A stretch of 61,516 bases of DNA from a virus. Shown here in pieces: positions 34,075 to 43,482 of the stretch. The notes under the pieces were generated by a model. That model was given only the letters and a program-made list of their open reading frames with translations. It did no database searches and was not told the origin of the DNA. Numbering within the stretch: position 1 is the first letter of the stretch; each line of letters begins with the position of its first letter. A program made the translations under genes and the position numbers. The stretch covers positions 1 to 61,516 of the IMG/VR virus record IMGVR_UViG_3300027908_000008, one strand, 5' to 3'.

Positions 34075-35489
34075 ACGCGTGGCTCATTCGCTGAACCACC
34101 TTGGATAGCGACAATCACCGGGTCGAGTATCTTGAACTCGCCCACCCAGCCAGGCTGCTGCACCAAGCCGAGATTGCGCCATGTCGCCTTATAGTTATAG
34201 GCCCCAACCGGCCCAATCGCGCCATCCAGCCATGAGGTCCATGTCCTCGCGCCATCGTAAGAGAACCGCGCCTTGGCGACCGGGGCTGGTGCATCAGGCG
34301 CTCCAACACCCCGCACGCAGGCCAGCGACACATTGTTAAGCCGCTGCACCCCACCCGTCAGCCAGATCACCGCTGTGGTCAGCACCTGCCGCGTCGCGCC
34401 ATCGTCGGTCTGATTGCTGGCGTCCAGTAGCCAGACGCGACCGTCTATTCCCGAGCCGACCCATATCGTGTCGCCTTGGCCGGTAGAGGTCTGCCCAAGA
34501 TATAGCCCAACATCGCTATCCTGCTGAGCCTGGCTACCCCACTGCGCCCACGGGTCTGTGCCCGCCGCTGCGGCGGCGCAGTCATAGGCGTAGCTCTCAC
34601 CCAAGCCGACGAGGTTCATCACGTAGAACCAGTGACCCTCGATCCCGGCGCGGAATGAGATGATCTGCGCGGCATTGTCGGCGTTGGCCCGTAGGCGATC
34701 ATCGATGTACGGTGTCGAGACCTTGATCGGCACGGCCGACGAGCGATAGACCGAGAGGTCGTCTCCCACCCAGAACAGGGCGTTGTCGATATCGGTGACG
34801 ACAGAGCTTTGGGCAGGAGTTCCCCGGATATAGGTACGCCCGAGCGACTCGGCGAAGGGCGCGGTCAGCGAGCCGTTGAAGTCCCAAATCTCGGTGCGGT
34901 CGGTCTTGAGGAAATACAGCTCTTCCGCCAGCACCGCGACCTCGATAATCGGGCCGGGCGAGGTCTGAGCGAAGGAGAAGTTAGCGGCGTTGATGCTGGT
35001 CGCGTCGCCGACCTTGGAAAAGAAGAACTGGTTAATGCCGGATACCGTGTAAACGAAGATGTTGTAGAGCACGACGACGCTGGAGAACGGCGGCAGGCGC
35101 GAGACGCCGTCGTCGAAGAACTGTATCTGGGTGAGCGTCGTGCCGTCATAAACATAGAGACCACCGCCCGTCGTGATGGCGAGCTGCGAATTGGTCGCCG
35201 CCATGCGGGGGTTGGTACCATACGGGATAGCGCTGATGAGCGACGTATTGCCGTAGAGTGATCCGGCCGAGACGCTGAACAGCCGACCGTTGAAGAGGCC
35301 AGGATTCTGGAGTTGCCGCAGGATCGGCCCGGAGCCCAGCGTGCCGTAGAGCGTTAGCCCCGGACGCCCGATTCTGACTGTCTTCTTGGGGCCGTTAGGC
35401 GATGCCTCGGCGTAGCAGTTTACCGTGCGGAGGACGGGTCCGCCAATAGAGGGGCGGCCAGAGACGCCGGTGGCGAAATCAATATCCAC
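34071..35489 (-). CDS. P22 gp10-like tail hub / packaged-DNA stabilisation protein
   Basis: 472 aa; N-terminal ...LRTVNCYAEASPNGPKKTVRIGRPGLTLYG... and beta-propeller-like repeats; gene order fits. Confidence 0.5.
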   Translation of the reverse strand: MDIDFATGVSGRPSIGGPVLRTVNCYAEASPNGPKKTVRIGRPGLTLYGTLGSGPILRQLQNPGLFNGRLFSVSAGSLYGNTSLISAIPYGTNPRMAATNSQLAITTGGGLYVYDGTTLTQIQFFDDGVSRLPPFSSVVVLYNIFVYTVSGINQFFFSKVGDATSINAANFSFAQTSPGPIIEVAVLAEELYFLKTDRTEIWDFNGSLTAPFAESLGRTYIRGTPAQSSVVTDIDNALFWVGDDLSVYRSSAVPIKVSTPYIDDRLRANADNAAQIISFRAGIEGHWFYVMNLVGLGESYAYDCAAAAAGTDPWAQWGSQAQQDSDVGLYLGQTSTGQGDTIWVGSGIDGRVWLLDASNQTDDGATRQVLTTAVIWLTGGVQRLNNVSLACVRGVGAPDAPAPVAKARFSYDGARTWTSWLDGAIGPVGAYNYKATWRNLGLVQQPGWVGEFKILDPVIVAIQGGSANEPRV

Positions 35490-35498
35490 GCCAAGTCA

Positions 35499-35699
35499 CT
35501 ACATCCGATGGCGTTCGGCGCGCGTCGTCAGCCCGGGCGCATGCGTGACGCCGGTTTCGTGCTCTTTTTGGAACACATCCACGCGGCGCTCCGACTTGGG
35601 GGCTTCGTAGCCCATGCTAATCGCTTTTCTTTGCGAAATAGCCTTGGTCGATCCAGGCTTAGGCCCATCGGCGTTGGCCCAGTTGGTTCCGGTCTTCAT
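35499..35699 (-). CDS. Small basic protein
   Basis: Track ORF, operon context. Confidence 0.4.
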   Translation of the reverse strand: MKTGTNWANADGPKPGSTKAISQRKAISMGYEAPKSERRVDVFQKEHETGVTHAPGLTTRAERHRM

Positions 35700-35968
35700 T
35701 TGTCGGTTCCTTTGAACGGATCGTGACCGTCGCGGTTGAGGACGCGGTCCTTGAAGAACGGCCCATGCGCGTCCACGTGAAACGGAATGCGCTGCGGATC
35801 GCCGCGCTTGCGCGCCTTGTGGGCCTCCGCGTAGGTCCCGTAGTCGCGCATGGCGTCCGCCGCCTTATCGCGCGGCGAGTCTTCCCACGCCCTGTCGCTG
35901 ACGCCCTGCTCCTTGGCGCCGATCTTATCGGAGCGGCGATCCGCCTTCGTGCCCTCGAAGCGCTTCAC
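35696..35968 (-). CDS. Small highly charged protein
   Basis: Track ORF; ATGA-type overlaps. Confidence 0.45.
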   Translation of the reverse strand: MKRFEGTKADRRSDKIGAKEQGVSDRAWEDSPRDKAADAMRDYGTYAEAHKARKRGDPQRIPFHVDAHGPFFKDRVLNRDGHDPFKGTDK

Positions 35969-36219
35969 TTGCTAAGCCCCTTCAAAGTCTCGGCTAGCTG
36001 GGCGCGCTTGCGCTCGGTTGGGTTCTTGCTGTGCTCGGCCTTGGCCAGCTTCTTGGCCGGGATTTTCTCGCTCTGCGGTACATGCAGCTCGCGATGCAGC
36101 GCGCCCTTGTGCTTCACAGCCCCGGCGATCCAGTGCTCTGGTTCTCCGCGCCCCGAGTCCTCCCGGTGCTCGTGGTAGGACTTGTGCCGCTCCTTGGCCG
36201 GACGCGTCTCGGCGGTCAT
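35965..36219 (-). CDS. Small basic/His-rich protein
   Basis: Track ORF; KERHKSYHEHRED...KHKGALHRELHVPQSEKIPAKKLAKAEHSKNP. Confidence 0.45.
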   Translation of the reverse strand: MTAETRPAKERHKSYHEHREDSGRGEPEHWIAGAVKHKGALHRELHVPQSEKIPAKKLAKAEHSKNPTERKRAQLAETLKGLSK

Positions 36220-36225
36220 CGCGCG

Positions 36226-36396
36226 TCAGTCCTTCGAGCGGACAGCGTTGCGGCCAAGTTCGCGGTCCCACGTCTCGGCCTTCTTGCCCTTGCGCTCCGC
36301 GCCGCGTCCGTGCGGCTTCGGCGGTTCGCGGCCGCCGCAGGCGTACTCTTTGCGGAAGTGCGCGTGACGTTCGCGGGCGTCCATGTGTTCGGTCAT
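36226..36396 (-). CDS. Small basic protein (56 aa)
   Basis: ATG 36396 after GGAG; within track ORF 36226..36576. Confidence 0.35.
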   Translation of the reverse strand: MTEHMDARERHAHFRKEYACGGREPPKPHGRGAERKGKKAETWDRELGRNAVRSKD

Positions 36397-36549
36397 GGGA
36401 GGGGGACTCCGACAATGATGGTGCGGGTCGCCCTTCGGGCCAGCGCGAAAGGTAGGCGATTTCGTGAGGCGTAGCAATGACGAACGATGGTATAAGGACG
36501 GAGCGGTCGGCTCGCCTTCAACGAGCCGCCGCCCCTGACCAACAACGTC

Positions 36550-37059
36550 ATGCGAGGACGTGAGATGGCTACCCAAGGACTTACCACGCTTGCCCGGTTT
36601 GAGACGAAGTTTCTCCGACTAGGCGCAGCCGAGTGCTGGCCATGGCAGGCAGGGCGAGACAAGGACGGGTATGGTGCTTTCTATCTCGGCACGAACAATG
36701 TGCGCGCTCACTCCGCTTCTTGGCGATTATACAGGGGAGACATACCAGATGGTATGTGGGTTCTACACAAGTGCGACAATCCTCCCTGTGTAAATCCAGA
36801 TCACCTATTTATAGGAACGCCATTAGATAATGTAACCGACATGATAATAAAAGGTCGTAGACGCGTAATGATTGGAGATCAGCGATTCAATACTAAGTTA
36901 TCCGCAAGTGATATTCCTGTCATTAGGCAATTATTGATGAAAGTAAATAGTATAAGCGCTATTGCGGATGAATATGGGGTAACTAGGGGGGCGATTGGTT
37001 CTATTAAGTACGGTAATTCGTGGAATCATATACCGCTAACCTCTCCAAAAATTACCTGA
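36550..37059 (+). CDS. HNH homing endonuclease (HNH_3 type) with a C-terminal HTH
   Basis: ECWPWQAGRDKDGYGAF...VRAHSASWRLY...LHKCDNPPCVNPDHLFIGT; antisense to the flanking genes; 3' half about 36% GC. Confidence 0.8.
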   Translation: MRGREMATQGLTTLARFETKFLRLGAAECWPWQAGRDKDGYGAFYLGTNNVRAHSASWRLYRGDIPDGMWVLHKCDNPPCVNPDHLFIGTPLDNVTDMIIKGRRRVMIGDQRFNTKLSASDIPVIRQLLMKVNSISAIADEYGVTRGAIGSIKYGNSWNHIPLTSPKIT

Positions 37060-37743
37060 CCCCTTTTTACCCCATGGTCTAAACCATACCGACGTGGGCC
37101 GGTCGAAATCCTCCACCTTGCGATGCCAGTCGGCGGCATGCTGCGCGATTCGTGTAGCGGTCGCGGCATCGGCCGCCGCCACGCCTTGGTCATCCATCAG
37201 CGCATCAGCCAAGCCATAAGTGAATCCCAATATCCACTCACTCGGCACGTCTATAGCATCGCTCGGCAATACAACGTCGTTAGCCTCGCGAACAACCGTG
37301 GCATTGATTGTCCCTCCGAGCTGCGGAACCGGCCAAATCCACATCTGCGTCGTGGACACCTGGCGGTCGAACATGAAGATAGACGGAGACTGCGCGGGCG
37401 ACATCTTATTAGGCAATAACATATAGTCCACGTAACTAAACTGTCCGAGCGGACGTTCATAAAGGTTGGGCGCGGGGGTGATTACCCATCGCGCTTCCTC
37501 GATCCCGGCTACGTAGGGCGTAATAGCTACCGTTTGCGCCATGGCGGGTGCGGTCAGCGCTATCTGTGTCTGCCGGAAGACGTTCGGCCCATCGGTCTGC
37601 AACGCCTTCAGCAGCCCGTTGATGACGATCATGCCTTGCGCGTTCTGATCGTCGTTAGGCACCCATGGCGGCGTCAATACCCCCAGCATTCGAAATGCTC
37701 GGGTGATGGCCCCTTGGGCGGTCAGGGTCCATGTAACCGACAC
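37036..37743 (-). CDS. Head-tail adaptor/head completion candidate
   Basis: ITRAFRMLGVL...INGLLKALQTDG...YVDYMLLPNK...MWIWPVP...PSEWILGFTYGLADAL pattern seen in podovirus adaptor-position proteins. Confidence 0.45.
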   Translation of the reverse strand: MSVTWTLTAQGAITRAFRMLGVLTPPWVPNDDQNAQGMIVINGLLKALQTDGPNVFRQTQIALTAPAMAQTVAITPYVAGIEEARWVITPAPNLYERPLGQFSYVDYMLLPNKMSPAQSPSIFMFDRQVSTTQMWIWPVPQLGGTINATVVREANDVVLPSDAIDVPSEWILGFTYGLADALMDDQGVAAADAATATRIAQHAADWHRKVEDFDRPTSVWFRPWGKKGSGNFWRG

Positions 37744-37750
37744 GACGTTC

Positions 37751-38410
37751 CTACCTCACCCTATAGATGCCGAAGTAGGAAAGCCCCGTAACCGTCAAGT
37801 TGGCGCCGGCATTACTGGTGTTGTCCACCACGCCCATGAATACCACGTCACCCGCCGTGCAATTCAGGCCGCCGGAGACGTCGGCATTGAAGAACCCTTT
37901 CGGCCCATTGCTCAATATCCCCGGACGCACATTGCTGTTCAGCACCTGGCCATCCGTTGGCCATGGCGCCTTTCCGCACTCGATGAAAACCTCGAAATCA
38001 CCGTCGAGGGGTCCAGGTCCAGGCGTTTCTGCGTAGACGAGGTTGATTGAGGCGTAGACCTGATAGATGCCTGAGACAGGAATGGTGAAACCCGGTCCTG
38101 TCGCGCCGAAGGCCCCATGCGCCGGACTTCCAGCCGGCGTAGGCGTCGTGAGGCTCGCAACGCCATCGGGGTTGTAGGCAGGGGTCGGCGCCGAGCTGGT
38201 GACGAGGCTGTTCCACGGAACCCAGAACGTGTCGGGGACTTCCTGCCCGGCCCACGCCACGTCGCCCGTCAACGTCATCTGGGCCGCAGCTTGAATCAGA
38301 AAACTGGGGTCCTCGATCCACATCGTACCCGTGCCGATCCGATCGATGACAAAGGCATCGGTTGGCAGCAGAAAAGTCGCCTCGGGGTAATTCCTAAACT
38401 GCGGCATCAA
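37751..38410 (-). CDS. Virion protein with a jelly-roll-like C-terminus
   Basis: Track ORF; SGIYQVYASINLVY...FEVFIECG. Confidence 0.45.
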   Translation of the reverse strand: MMPQFRNYPEATFLLPTDAFVIDRIGTGTMWIEDPSFLIQAAAQMTLTGDVAWAGQEVPDTFWVPWNSLVTSSAPTPAYNPDGVASLTTPTPAGSPAHGAFGATGPGFTIPVSGIYQVYASINLVYAETPGPGPLDGDFEVFIECGKAPWPTDGQVLNSNVRPGILSNGPKGFFNADVSGGLNCTAGDVVFMGVVDNTSNAGANLTVTGLSYFGIYRVR

Positions 38411-38416
38411 ACTGCC

Positions 38417-39640
38417 TCATGGTGTCGAAATCGCAGGAAGGTCTGAGTCGGACTGAGTGGGGTAGATCACCACCGCCGTAACGGTCGGCGTTCCATCGTT
38501 GCCTTGTATCAGCCCAAGGCCCCAGTAATTAAATGGATCAGGATAACTCAACTTACCCAGCGAAACCACGGGAGAGCCATTAAGGCTCATGCGAAGTTTT
38601 GACCCGTCAGAGGAAATGGCGGCCCTATATGGGGGTGTCGCAACACCCGCTGTGTTGGGAGAATTGTCGGAGGCGCTTAGGTTGACCGAGAACACCTGCG
38701 CGTTAGTCAGGTTAACTTGCGCACCTTCCCCGTTCGTATTCGCATTGTTGTAGGCATTGGACAGAACCGAGCTGCTGCCTGGAACTAAGCTCATATACAG
38801 CACCAGCGTGACATTGGGGTAGAGCGCGAAGATGTTCTGATTGAAGGTGGGCCATGTCTGAGTGTCGGAGTTCGCTTGCAGCCCCAGCCCAGCAATCCAA
38901 TCCTGCACGGGATCGAAATTCCCATTTGGACTATATGCGTAGAACAGCGGGCCAAACGGATCGCGAGCCGCGTCGGGCGTAACCGCATATCGATTCTTGG
39001 CGACATCGGCCACCATCAGGGGCGCGTCACCACTTGGCACTGCGTAGTCAGCCAGCCACGTTGGCGCCGGCTGATAAAAGGACCATTGCCGGCCATCAAA
39101 CCCGATGGCCCAGCCAGCCGGGAAAGGCGCCGGATCGAGCACTAAGCTATTGCTGTTGCTCGGCGCGCCGACGCGGCCCGTGATGAAGGTCACATCGTCC
39201 GCCAGCACGTTCGGGCTAATCGGCGTGCCGATGGTCGATGGCTGACCGGGCTCAGGAATGTTCGGCGAGGCTGTCACGCTCTCTGTCAGCGACATGGGCG
39301 ATAGCGCGCCTGGTAGCTGGTTCTGGCCGCCGTTGTGGTACTGCCCCGGCGGCGCGACGATAAAGCCGCCCGTGACGCTCTGGAGGGCCGTATCGTCGGT
39401 CAGGCGGTCGGGGTTGTCTTGCGGCGGGCGCGCGTCGGGGAACGGGATGCCCTCGGGGTAAACGCGGGGCGGCTGCATTTGCGGCGGGCGAGGATCGAGA
39501 CACTTGCGATCAACTCGCAAGTTGTCCCATTCGACGTAAAGCTGGCTTCGCCTCACTCGCTGGCCGCAACGATCGCAAATCGCCCAAGCGTCGGCGGGTT
39601 TGTAGGTGTCGTAATTTCGGTAATGCAGGGTCGTTGACAC
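38417..39640 (-). CDS. Virion protein with an N-terminal CDRCG zinc-ribbon motif
   Basis: AICDRCGQRVRRSQLYVEWDNLRVDRKCLDPRPPQ. Confidence 0.5.
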   Translation of the reverse strand: MSTTLHYRNYDTYKPADAWAICDRCGQRVRRSQLYVEWDNLRVDRKCLDPRPPQMQPPRVYPEGIPFPDARPPQDNPDRLTDDTALQSVTGGFIVAPPGQYHNGGQNQLPGALSPMSLTESVTASPNIPEPGQPSTIGTPISPNVLADDVTFITGRVGAPSNSNSLVLDPAPFPAGWAIGFDGRQWSFYQPAPTWLADYAVPSGDAPLMVADVAKNRYAVTPDAARDPFGPLFYAYSPNGNFDPVQDWIAGLGLQANSDTQTWPTFNQNIFALYPNVTLVLYMSLVPGSSSVLSNAYNNANTNGEGAQVNLTNAQVFSVNLSASDNSPNTAGVATPPYRAAISSDGSKLRMSLNGSPVVSLGKLSYPDPFNYWGLGLIQGNDGTPTVTAVVIYPTQSDSDLPAISTP

Positions 39641-39700
39641 GAAGGCGCGACCTCACGCGGGTTGGCCCAAAAATCATCCAATCAGGTTGTTGGTTGGAAG

Positions 39701-40624
39701 CTATAACCCAGCCGTTGCAAACGTGCTCCGCCAGTCACCAACAGAAGGAATGAATCGGCAAGTAGTCTTGGCCTTGGCATTTTCCGAGTCGAACTCACTG
39801 TCCCTCTCTAATTCAGGCTCTCTACGCCAGATAGATACTAGGCCTTTATTGCGCTGAGTTGACGTAAATAGGTACCACGCCTGGGTAGTCTCGACCCCCA
39901 GGTACGGATTGACCAGCGCGCCTTCGGGCATCAGCCCCATCTGCTTGATCGCGTTGATGTCGTTGTTCGCCGTCGAGGTGCGGAGCTGCGATTCGAGCAC
40001 GCGTGTGGCGTTGAACATGTCGGCGGCCGAGAGCAGCAGCCGGCGCGGGTGCAGGCTGATCTGAAGGCCGCGCGAGTTCTGCGCCAGGTAGACGCGCTTG
40101 ATCATGTCCTCCAGCGAGGACTCGCTGAAGTCGGCGTTGACGGTCGGAAGGTTGGACTGGTTGCCCGACTTGGTCGGATGCGAGGCGCTGTAGAGGGGCT
40201 GGCCGTCGCCATAGAGGTAGGAGCCCGAGAAGCCGTTCAGGAACACGTTGGCGTGGGCCAGTTCGATGGTGGTGTGCAGCGAGAAGGCCAGCGACTCGGC
40301 GCGGGGCAGGCTGACTTCGGTGTAAAGCTGGTCCTCCAGTTCCTCACGCGTCACCTGATAGCCGAGACCCAGCACGTAGGGCGTCGCCAGCGTGGCGTAG
40401 CCTTCGGCGTCGGCGTCGTAGGTAATCGGCGCACCTTCCGTCTTGGTGCGGGCCAAGCCGAAGCCGGTGGCTTCGATCAGGCGCTCGGTGGCGAGTTCGC
40501 CCTCGACCTTGTCGAAGCACTCGCTCCAGACATCGGGAAACTCGTCGTAGTTCAGCCCGAACCATTCAAGCACGCCAGGCCATAGGCCGTCAGGGTGGTT
40601 TGAGCGGGTGATTACTGCGGCCAT
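39701..40624 (-). CDS. Major capsid protein
   Basis: 307 aa; position after the scaffold; ...GDGQPLYSASHPTKSGNQSN...LLLSAADMFNATRVLESQL...TTCRFIPSVGDWR resembles HK97-fold coat proteins. Confidence 0.7.
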   Translation of the reverse strand: MAAVITRSNHPDGLWPGVLEWFGLNYDEFPDVWSECFDKVEGELATERLIEATGFGLARTKTEGAPITYDADAEGYATLATPYVLGLGYQVTREELEDQLYTEVSLPRAESLAFSLHTTIELAHANVFLNGFSGSYLYGDGQPLYSASHPTKSGNQSNLPTVNADFSESSLEDMIKRVYLAQNSRGLQISLHPRRLLLSAADMFNATRVLESQLRTSTANNDINAIKQMGLMPEGALVNPYLGVETTQAWYLFTSTQRNKGLVSIWRREPELERDSEFDSENAKAKTTCRFIPSVGDWRSTFATAGL

Positions 40625-40656
40625 GGGGCGGCGTCCTTATGCTAGCGGGCTATGGC

Positions 40657-41301
40657 CTAGATGCCGGTCCCAGTGCTGGGGGTCTGTTCGGTCGAAGCGT
40701 TCAGGCGAACCAGGAACTTGCAGTTCGCCGAGCCAGCCACGTTGTCGGGCTCGGGCAGCACGCCGACGATGTTGAGCTGCGCGTTGGCTGACGTGCCGAC
40801 CTGGTTGGCGGCCAGTTGCCAGCCGGACCAGCCCGTGTAGATTGAGCCGGCGCCGCTCGCGAGATTGGCGTTCTTGCCGACGATGGTCGAAGCCGGAACG
40901 CCACCCGAGTCGTTGGACTGCACCGAGAAGATCGTGCTCGGGTCGTCGGCAACGAGGACATACCAGACGGATGCATCGTTGGCCGGTTTATAGGCGGGGC
41001 CAGGATTGCCCGAGAGGCCGAACAGCGAGCCCGGATTGTAGTTGCCGAGCTGTGTCGTGCCCTTGCCCTGGAACCCGACGATCACGCCGGTGATCGGGTG
41101 CGAGGACCCAACCGCGACGAGGTTGACGCCGTTGATCCCGTTCACATCGGCGGAAGCCGCAAGCTTGACCACCGGATCGCCGACGTACATGGCGTTAGTG
41201 GTGCTTGCGGGGACCGAGTAGAGATTGACGCTGTCGCGCCAGTCCTTCGCGCCCTGAATCTGGACAGGGACGAGGCCGTAAGGGGTATTCGGGTTTGCCA
41301 T
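40657..41301 (-). CDS. Capsid-associated structural protein (decoration candidate)
   Basis: Track ORF immediately upstream of the capsid gene. Confidence 0.45.
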   Translation of the reverse strand: MANPNTPYGLVPVQIQGAKDWRDSVNLYSVPASTTNAMYVGDPVVKLAASADVNGINGVNLVAVGSSHPITGVIVGFQGKGTTQLGNYNPGSLFGLSGNPGPAYKPANDASVWYVLVADDPSTIFSVQSNDSGGVPASTIVGKNANLASGAGSIYTGWSGWQLAANQVGTSANAQLNIVGVLPEPDNVAGSANCKFLVRLNASTEQTPSTGTGI

Positions 41302-41313
41302 TTCGGCCTTCCT

Positions 41314-41886
41314 CTACTTGAAGTTCGTCGGCGCGCGACGGCGCAGGGCCGAGCCGCCCATTTTCACCCCGGCGGGCACGTAGCTGACGCCTTCGTCCAG
41401 ATCGGAGCCGGCCGGTGCGCCCTCGCCTGATGGCGCGCCATCGGCTGCGCCGTGGTAGACACGGCCCTCCATCATCGCCTCGCGGCGCTGGACGATGTCC
41501 TCGTTGTCCTCCTGCCAGAAGTCTTTCGGCTTGCGGCACAGGTAGGTGTAGGTCGGGTTGCCGGCGCGATCCGCCTCGGCGAACATCCGCACCCGTTCGG
41601 TCGATTCCGAGTCGGTCGCCTCGGGATTGAACCCGTCTCCGAGATCGCCGGTAGTGACGAAGTCGTAGTCGTCCATCTTAGTCGCCATGCGCAGGCGCCC
41701 GGGCCGATCATCGATCCAGCGGTAGACGTAGTTTTCCTTGTCGAGGCATTCGAGCGGGATGCAGTCCAATCGGTACTGCATCATCCGATTGAGCGAGCCG
41801 GCGTTGCGGCGGCGGCGCTGCCCTGCCACTGCTTGGGCGCGCGGTGGGCGACCACGGCGGGGGGCTTCGTGTGTCTCGACTTCCAA
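41314..41886 (-). CDS. Hypothetical head-module protein
   Basis: Track ORF; Arg-rich N-terminus. Confidence 0.45.
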   Translation of the reverse strand: MEVETHEAPRRGRPPRAQAVAGQRRRRNAGSLNRMMQYRLDCIPLECLDKENYVYRWIDDRPGRLRMATKMDDYDFVTTGDLGDGFNPEATDSESTERVRMFAEADRAGNPTYTYLCRKPKDFWQEDNEDIVQRREAMMEGRVYHGAADGAPSGEGAPAGSDLDEGVSYVPAGVKMGGSALRRRAPTNFK

Positions 41887-41929
41887 GGCGCCGCGCTCCT
41901 GTGTGCGTCAGAAGCGCGGTGTTGCGCCC

Positions 41930-42877
41930 CTAACTCGGATTCTCGGCCCAATAGCTCTTGGCGTAGCGGTCCTGGGCCTGTTGGACCGTCAGCCCTCGAT
42001 TGGTGAACAGCCGTTGCAGGCGCTGTTCGAATTGCTGACGCATCGCGGACGGGATGTCCGCAAAGCCCCGCTCGGTGGTTGCCCTGGTCGTCTGTGTCGT
42101 GCGGCTCGGGGTTTGCACGACGGGCGGACGCCTGACTTGAGAGAGCGGGATTTCTTCCTTTGGCGCTTCGCGCACTGGCGTCGTCTCAGCGGCGCCAAAG
42201 TACTCGGGGAACCGCTTTCGTGCCGCCATTTCGCCGGCCTCAAGCTGGTCCTCGATACTGAATCCGGCGGCTTCGGCCTTTCGGATGGCCGTCACCGCGA
42301 CCGCCTGAGCGCCTTGGTCCTCGTTGAACCAGGAATTGCGCGCGATCCATGCCGCCGTCTTGGGATGTGGCCCGGAGTGGGCCGCAACTTCCCTGGCGGC
42401 GGCGGCGGCGGCTTCGGGGTCCTTCGCGTCGGCGGCGGCCCTGACCTTGGCTTCCGCCTCGGCAAGCAGTCGTCTGCGATCTTCCTCGAACGCCGCCTCG
42501 GCGGCTTGGGCCGCCCGCTTGGCTCGTTCGGCTAACTCTGCGTTACGCTGACGAGTCGCGACGAGTTCGGTGGGGGTCCGGTCAAGGAACTGAAACTCGT
42601 CTTCCCACTTGGTGGGATCGCGCTTCCATTCTTCCTTGGGCGCCCAGCCCATTCGCTTTGCGATCCGCTGGGCCAACTCCCTCTCACCTTCGGTGGGCTG
42701 AGTTGCTTGTTCCGATGATTGCCCCGCTTCCGCTTCGGCGTCAATAGCCGGCGTTTCGACGGTTTCTGGGGCAGGTGTTTCGACTTTGGTTTCTTCCAGA
42801 TCAGCCGCGACATTACCGGGCTGGCCGTCCACGATCTCTTTCATGGAGCGGCGGGGTATATTTAGCGTGCGGGGCAT
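41930..42877 (-). CDS. Scaffolding protein candidate
   Basis: 315 aa, E/A/K/R-rich and helical, located between the portal and capsid genes. Confidence 0.55.
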   Translation of the reverse strand: MPRTLNIPRRSMKEIVDGQPGNVAADLEETKVETPAPETVETPAIDAEAEAGQSSEQATQPTEGERELAQRIAKRMGWAPKEEWKRDPTKWEDEFQFLDRTPTELVATRQRNAELAERAKRAAQAAEAAFEEDRRRLLAEAEAKVRAAADAKDPEAAAAAAREVAAHSGPHPKTAAWIARNSWFNEDQGAQAVAVTAIRKAEAAGFSIEDQLEAGEMAARKRFPEYFGAAETTPVREAPKEEIPLSQVRRPPVVQTPSRTTQTTRATTERGFADIPSAMRQQFEQRLQRLFTNRGLTVQQAQDRYAKSYWAENPS

Positions 42878-43002
42878 TGCGTCGCGGGTCCTTGCGCTTG
42901 GCGAAGTTTAGCCGTAATCGTTGCTTCGCTGCGCCGTTGGCGTGGCCCCACCCTAGAAGCCCCCCGCCCAGCCGACGCACCCCGTGTCGGCTGGGTTTGG
43001 TT

Positions 43003-43482
43003 TTAGTCCTGCGGCGGCTCGATCACGCCACCCACGTCCTTGTCCTTGATCAGCCGGTAGCGGCGGCCGTCCTTGCCGACCGCCTCGCCGCCGGCGTAGC
43101 GAGCGATCCAGACGAGGTCGCCGACCTTGGGCGCCAGTTCCGGGTAGCTCTCGTAGAAATCGTCGTAGTTGAAGGCGACGGGACTGGCCGAAATGATGCG
43201 CCCGCACTGCATCGCCATTTCCATCTGGTCGCGGGACTCGGCCGTGATATAGATGCTGCCGAGCTTGTCTGGCATCTCCGGCATGGCCACCAGCACGTTG
43301 TATTCGACCATGCGTATGCCCGGCATGCATTCGTTCTGGCCTGGGATCAGCTTGAGCACGGTGTCCTTGATCTGGCCGTAGAACTCCACGTCCGGCTTGC
43401 GGCGCGCCATGGCGCCGGCCAGCGAGTCGGCGAACTTGTCCATCTGGCTCATGGCGGGCGGTGCAGCGACAGGCTTGTTCAT
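43003..43482 (-). CDS. GroES/Cpn10-like co-chaperonin
   Basis: VEYNVLVAMPEMPDKLGSIYITAESRD...CGRIISASP...KVGDLVWIARYAGGEAVGKDGRRYRLIKDKDVGGVI follows the GroES pattern. Confidence 0.55.
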   Translation of the reverse strand: MNKPVAAPPAMSQMDKFADSLAGAMARRKPDVEFYGQIKDTVLKLIPGQNECMPGIRMVEYNVLVAMPEMPDKLGSIYITAESRDQMEMAMQCGRIISASPVAFNYDDFYESYPELAPKVGDLVWIARYAGGEAVGKDGRRYRLIKDKDVGGVIEPPQD

